Notes under the pieces: generated by a model
What the model was told of the DNA's origin: nothing
Seen by the model: only the letters and a program-made list of their open reading frames with translations
The model's database searches: none
Made by a program: the position numbers and the translations under genes
Part shown: in pieces, positions 7,111 to 8,443 of the stretch
Numbering within the stretch: position 1 is the first letter of the stretch
How the letters are laid out: each line of letters begins with the position of its first letter
Source: a virus
Taxonomy: Duplodnaviria; Heunggongvirae; Uroviricota; Caudoviricetes
DNA length: 8,443 nt
IMG/VR virus record: IMGVR_UViG_2663763282_000007
Direction: 5' to 3' (one strand)

Positions 7111-7138
7111 GAGCGGGAGCTAAATGCTCCCGTTTTTC
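7111..7138 (+). terminator. Putative intrinsic terminator or attenuator hairpin immediately downstream of the major capsid gene
   Basis: A perfect 7-bp GC-rich stem, cgggagc (7114-7120) with gctcccg (7126-7132), flanks a 5-nt loop (taaat) and is followed directly by TTTTT (7133-7137). It sits 6 nt after the E stop and about 20 nt before the FI start. Confidence 0.5.
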
Positions 7139-7156
7139 ATTCAATCAGGAGCGGGT

Positions 7157-7543
7157 ATGGCTACGAAAGAAGAAAACCTGAAACGTCTTTGTGAGCTGGC
7201 TGAGAGGCTGGGGCGTGAACCGGATGTCTCCGGTAGTGCGGCAGATATTGCGCAGCGAGTGGCGGAACTGGAGGAAGAGCTTGGAGATGCGGGGGAGGTC
7301 GCAGAGCCGGATACGTACTCACCATCGAAAGATGATCCGACCGCGCATAAAGGCGAGTCAGTTCCTGAACAGCCAGGCATTGTTACCGGAGACGAAACGG
7401 GGCAGGTTACGGTGGTGGCACTGGCGACACTGCATACAAAATGTAATGGTTCAGTGATATTTGTTTCACCGGGAACGTCGTTTCGTGTTTCTGCTGAGGT
7501 GGCTGCCAGCATGGCGGCAGGTGGTCTGGCAAAAAGGCAGTAA
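7157..7543 (+). CDS. FI: DNA-packaging / head assembly protein (lambda gpFI-like)
   Basis: ATG at 7157 is preceded by AGGAG. The product, MATKEENLKRLCELAERLGRE...VTVVALATLHT...FVSPGTSFRVSAEVAASMAAGGLAKRQ, matches lambda FI (N-terminal helical part, acidic linker, TVVAL..LHT, F.LPGTAFRVSAGVAAEM..RGLARMQ). The track's longer ORF from 7124 begins inside the terminator hairpin and is not used. Confidence 0.85.
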   Translation: MATKEENLKRLCELAERLGREPDVSGSAADIAQRVAELEEELGDAGEVAEPDTYSPSKDDPTAHKGESVPEQPGIVTGDETGQVTVVALATLHTKCNGSVIFVSPGTSFRVSAEVAASMAAGGLAKRQ

Positions 7544-7554
7544 CAGGAGATGTC

Positions 7555-7932
7555 GTGGACGGTTTCGATAATCTGTTTGATGCTGCGCTTGCCGGTGTCA
7601 ATGAAGTCATTCTCCGTGATATGGGGATCAGCGCCGTCATTACGTCCGGAGAACTTGAGGGGACACACCTGACAGGGGTTTTTGATGATCCCGAAAGTAT
7701 TTCTTTTGTTGCCGGGGGGATCCGGCTTGAGGATTCCTCACCGTGCCTGTTTGTGAAAACGGCAGATATATCGCAGTTACGCCGTCAGGATACGTTAACT
7801 ATCGGGGATGATTCTTTCTTTGTGGATCGTATTACTCCGGATGACGGGGGATGCTGTTATATCCGGTTAAGGCGGGGCAGTCCTGCCCCACAGAATAATG
7901 CCAGAATGAGGCGATATGATGAAGGGACTTGA
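7555..7932 (+). CDS. FII: Head-tail joining protein (lambda gpFII-like)
   Basis: A GTG start at 7555 lies 5 nt after AGGAG. The product, (M)DGFDNLFDAA...GVFDDPE.IS...SSP.LFV.T....QLRR.DTLTIG...F.VDR..PDDGG, matches lambda FII (MADFDNLFDAA...). No in-frame ATG is available. The last 17 nt overlap the Z start. Confidence 0.85.
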   Translation: MDGFDNLFDAALAGVNEVILRDMGISAVITSGELEGTHLTGVFDDPESISFVAGGIRLEDSSPCLFVKTADISQLRRQDTLTIGDDSFFVDRITPDDGGCCYIRLRRGSPAPQNNARMRRYDEGT

Positions 7933-8443
7933 GAATGCCATCCGCAATCTGAACAGCCTCGATACCCGCATGGTGCCACAGACCAGCGCATGGGCGGTAA
8001 ACCGTGTGGCGGCAAAGATTGTTTCTGTCGCCACACGGCAGGTTGCGCAGAATACCGTTGCCGGGGATAACCAGGTGAAAGGTATTCCCCTGAAAACGGT
8101 CAGGGAGCGTGTCAGGCTGCTTAAAGCCAGCCCCTCAGGAAAAATGTATGCCCGCATGCGTGTTAACCGGGGTAACCTGCCCGCCATTAAGCTGGGTACC
8201 GCACAGGTCAGACTGGCCCGCTCCCGGCATGGCAGCAACTCACGTCATCGTGGCAGCGTACTGAAAGTGGGGAAATACCTTTTCCGGGATGCGTTTATTC
8301 AGCAACTGGCGAATGGTCGCTGGCATGTGATGCGGCGTATTGACGGCAAAAATCGTTACCCCATTGATGTGGTGAAAATCCCGCTGTCCGGACCGCTGAC
8401 ACAGGCATTTGAAGATGCCCGCGACCGCATCATTGCTGCGGAA
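7916..8443 (+). CDS. Z: Tail completion / tail assembly protein (lambda gpZ-like); 3' end beyond the window
   Basis: ATG at 7916 (or 7919) is preceded by GAGG. The open frame runs to the window end without a stop (176 codons): MMKGLENAIRNLNSL...NRVAAKIVS...IKLG...FIQQLANGRWHVMRRIDGKNRYPIDVVKIP, matching lambda gpZ (KGLE, NRVAS, IKLGNA, FIQQLKNGRWHVMQR..GKNRYPIDVVKIP). It is absent from the ORF track because it has no stop in the window. Confidence 0.85.
   Translation, partial: MMKGLENAIRNLNSLDTRMVPQTSAWAVNRVAAKIVSVATRQVAQNTVAGDNQVKGIPLKTVRERVRLLKASPSGKMYARMRVNRGNLPAIKLGTAQVRLARSRHGSNSRHRGSVLKVGKYLFRDAFIQQLANGRWHVMRRIDGKNRYPIDVVKIPLSGPLTQAFEDARDRIIAAE

Noticed and set aside
5651-7144. Minus-strand ORFs antisense to D and E (5651-6022, 5665-5862, 5688-5963, 6101-6622, 6592-6801, 6752-7144)
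   Set aside because: Antisense to the decoration and major capsid genes. No independent support.
7124-7156. Longer FI ORF starting at 7124 (MLPFFIQSGAG...)
   Set aside because: This start lies inside the terminator-like hairpin and lacks a ribosome-binding site. The ATG at 7157 has AGGAG upstream and matches the lambda FI N-terminus.
7141-8238. Minus-strand ORFs antisense to FI, FII and Z (7141-7668, 7407-7640, 7867-8238)
   Set aside because: Antisense to conserved + strand genes. The Ser/Pro-rich translations are typical of non-coding frames.
1-8443. Novel defence, anti-defence or cargo system, tRNA or CRISPR array in this window
   Set aside because: Every substantial + strand ORF is accounted for by a canonical lambda head or packaging gene in the canonical order, intergenic spaces are at most 60 nt, and I found no repeat-spacer architecture or tRNA-like structure. 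Claiming a new system would not be supported by the sequence.

Overview
This window is a contiguous, collinear lambda-like (lambdoid Siphoviridae-type) DNA-packaging and head-morphogenesis module, all on the + strand, in the canonical lambda order: Nu1 (3' part) - A (terminase large subunit) - W - B (portal) - C/Nu3 (prohead protease/scaffold) - D (decoration) - E (major capsid) - FI - FII - Z (5' part). Assignments rest on my recollection of the phage lambda proteins; no database search was run. I see no tRNA, rRNA, CRISPR array, integrase, IS element or inserted accessory ('moron') gene. In my reading the window does not contain an undescribed biological system: it is the conserved structural core of a lambdoid (pro)phage, probably from an enterobacterial host. 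What deserves a second look are sequence-level anomalies: (1) a +1 frameshift inside the portal gene at a T6 homopolymer, (2) a possible frame change at the 3' end of the large terminase gene, (3) stop codons in the Nu1 frame near the window start, (4) a ~150-bp tandem repeat in the C/Nu3 scaffold-coding region that runs straight into (5) a 160-nt run of N, and (6) a terminator-like hairpin just after the major capsid gene. Together (1)-(5) indicate either a decaying cryptic prophage or a draft-quality assembly; the sequence alone cannot distinguish these.
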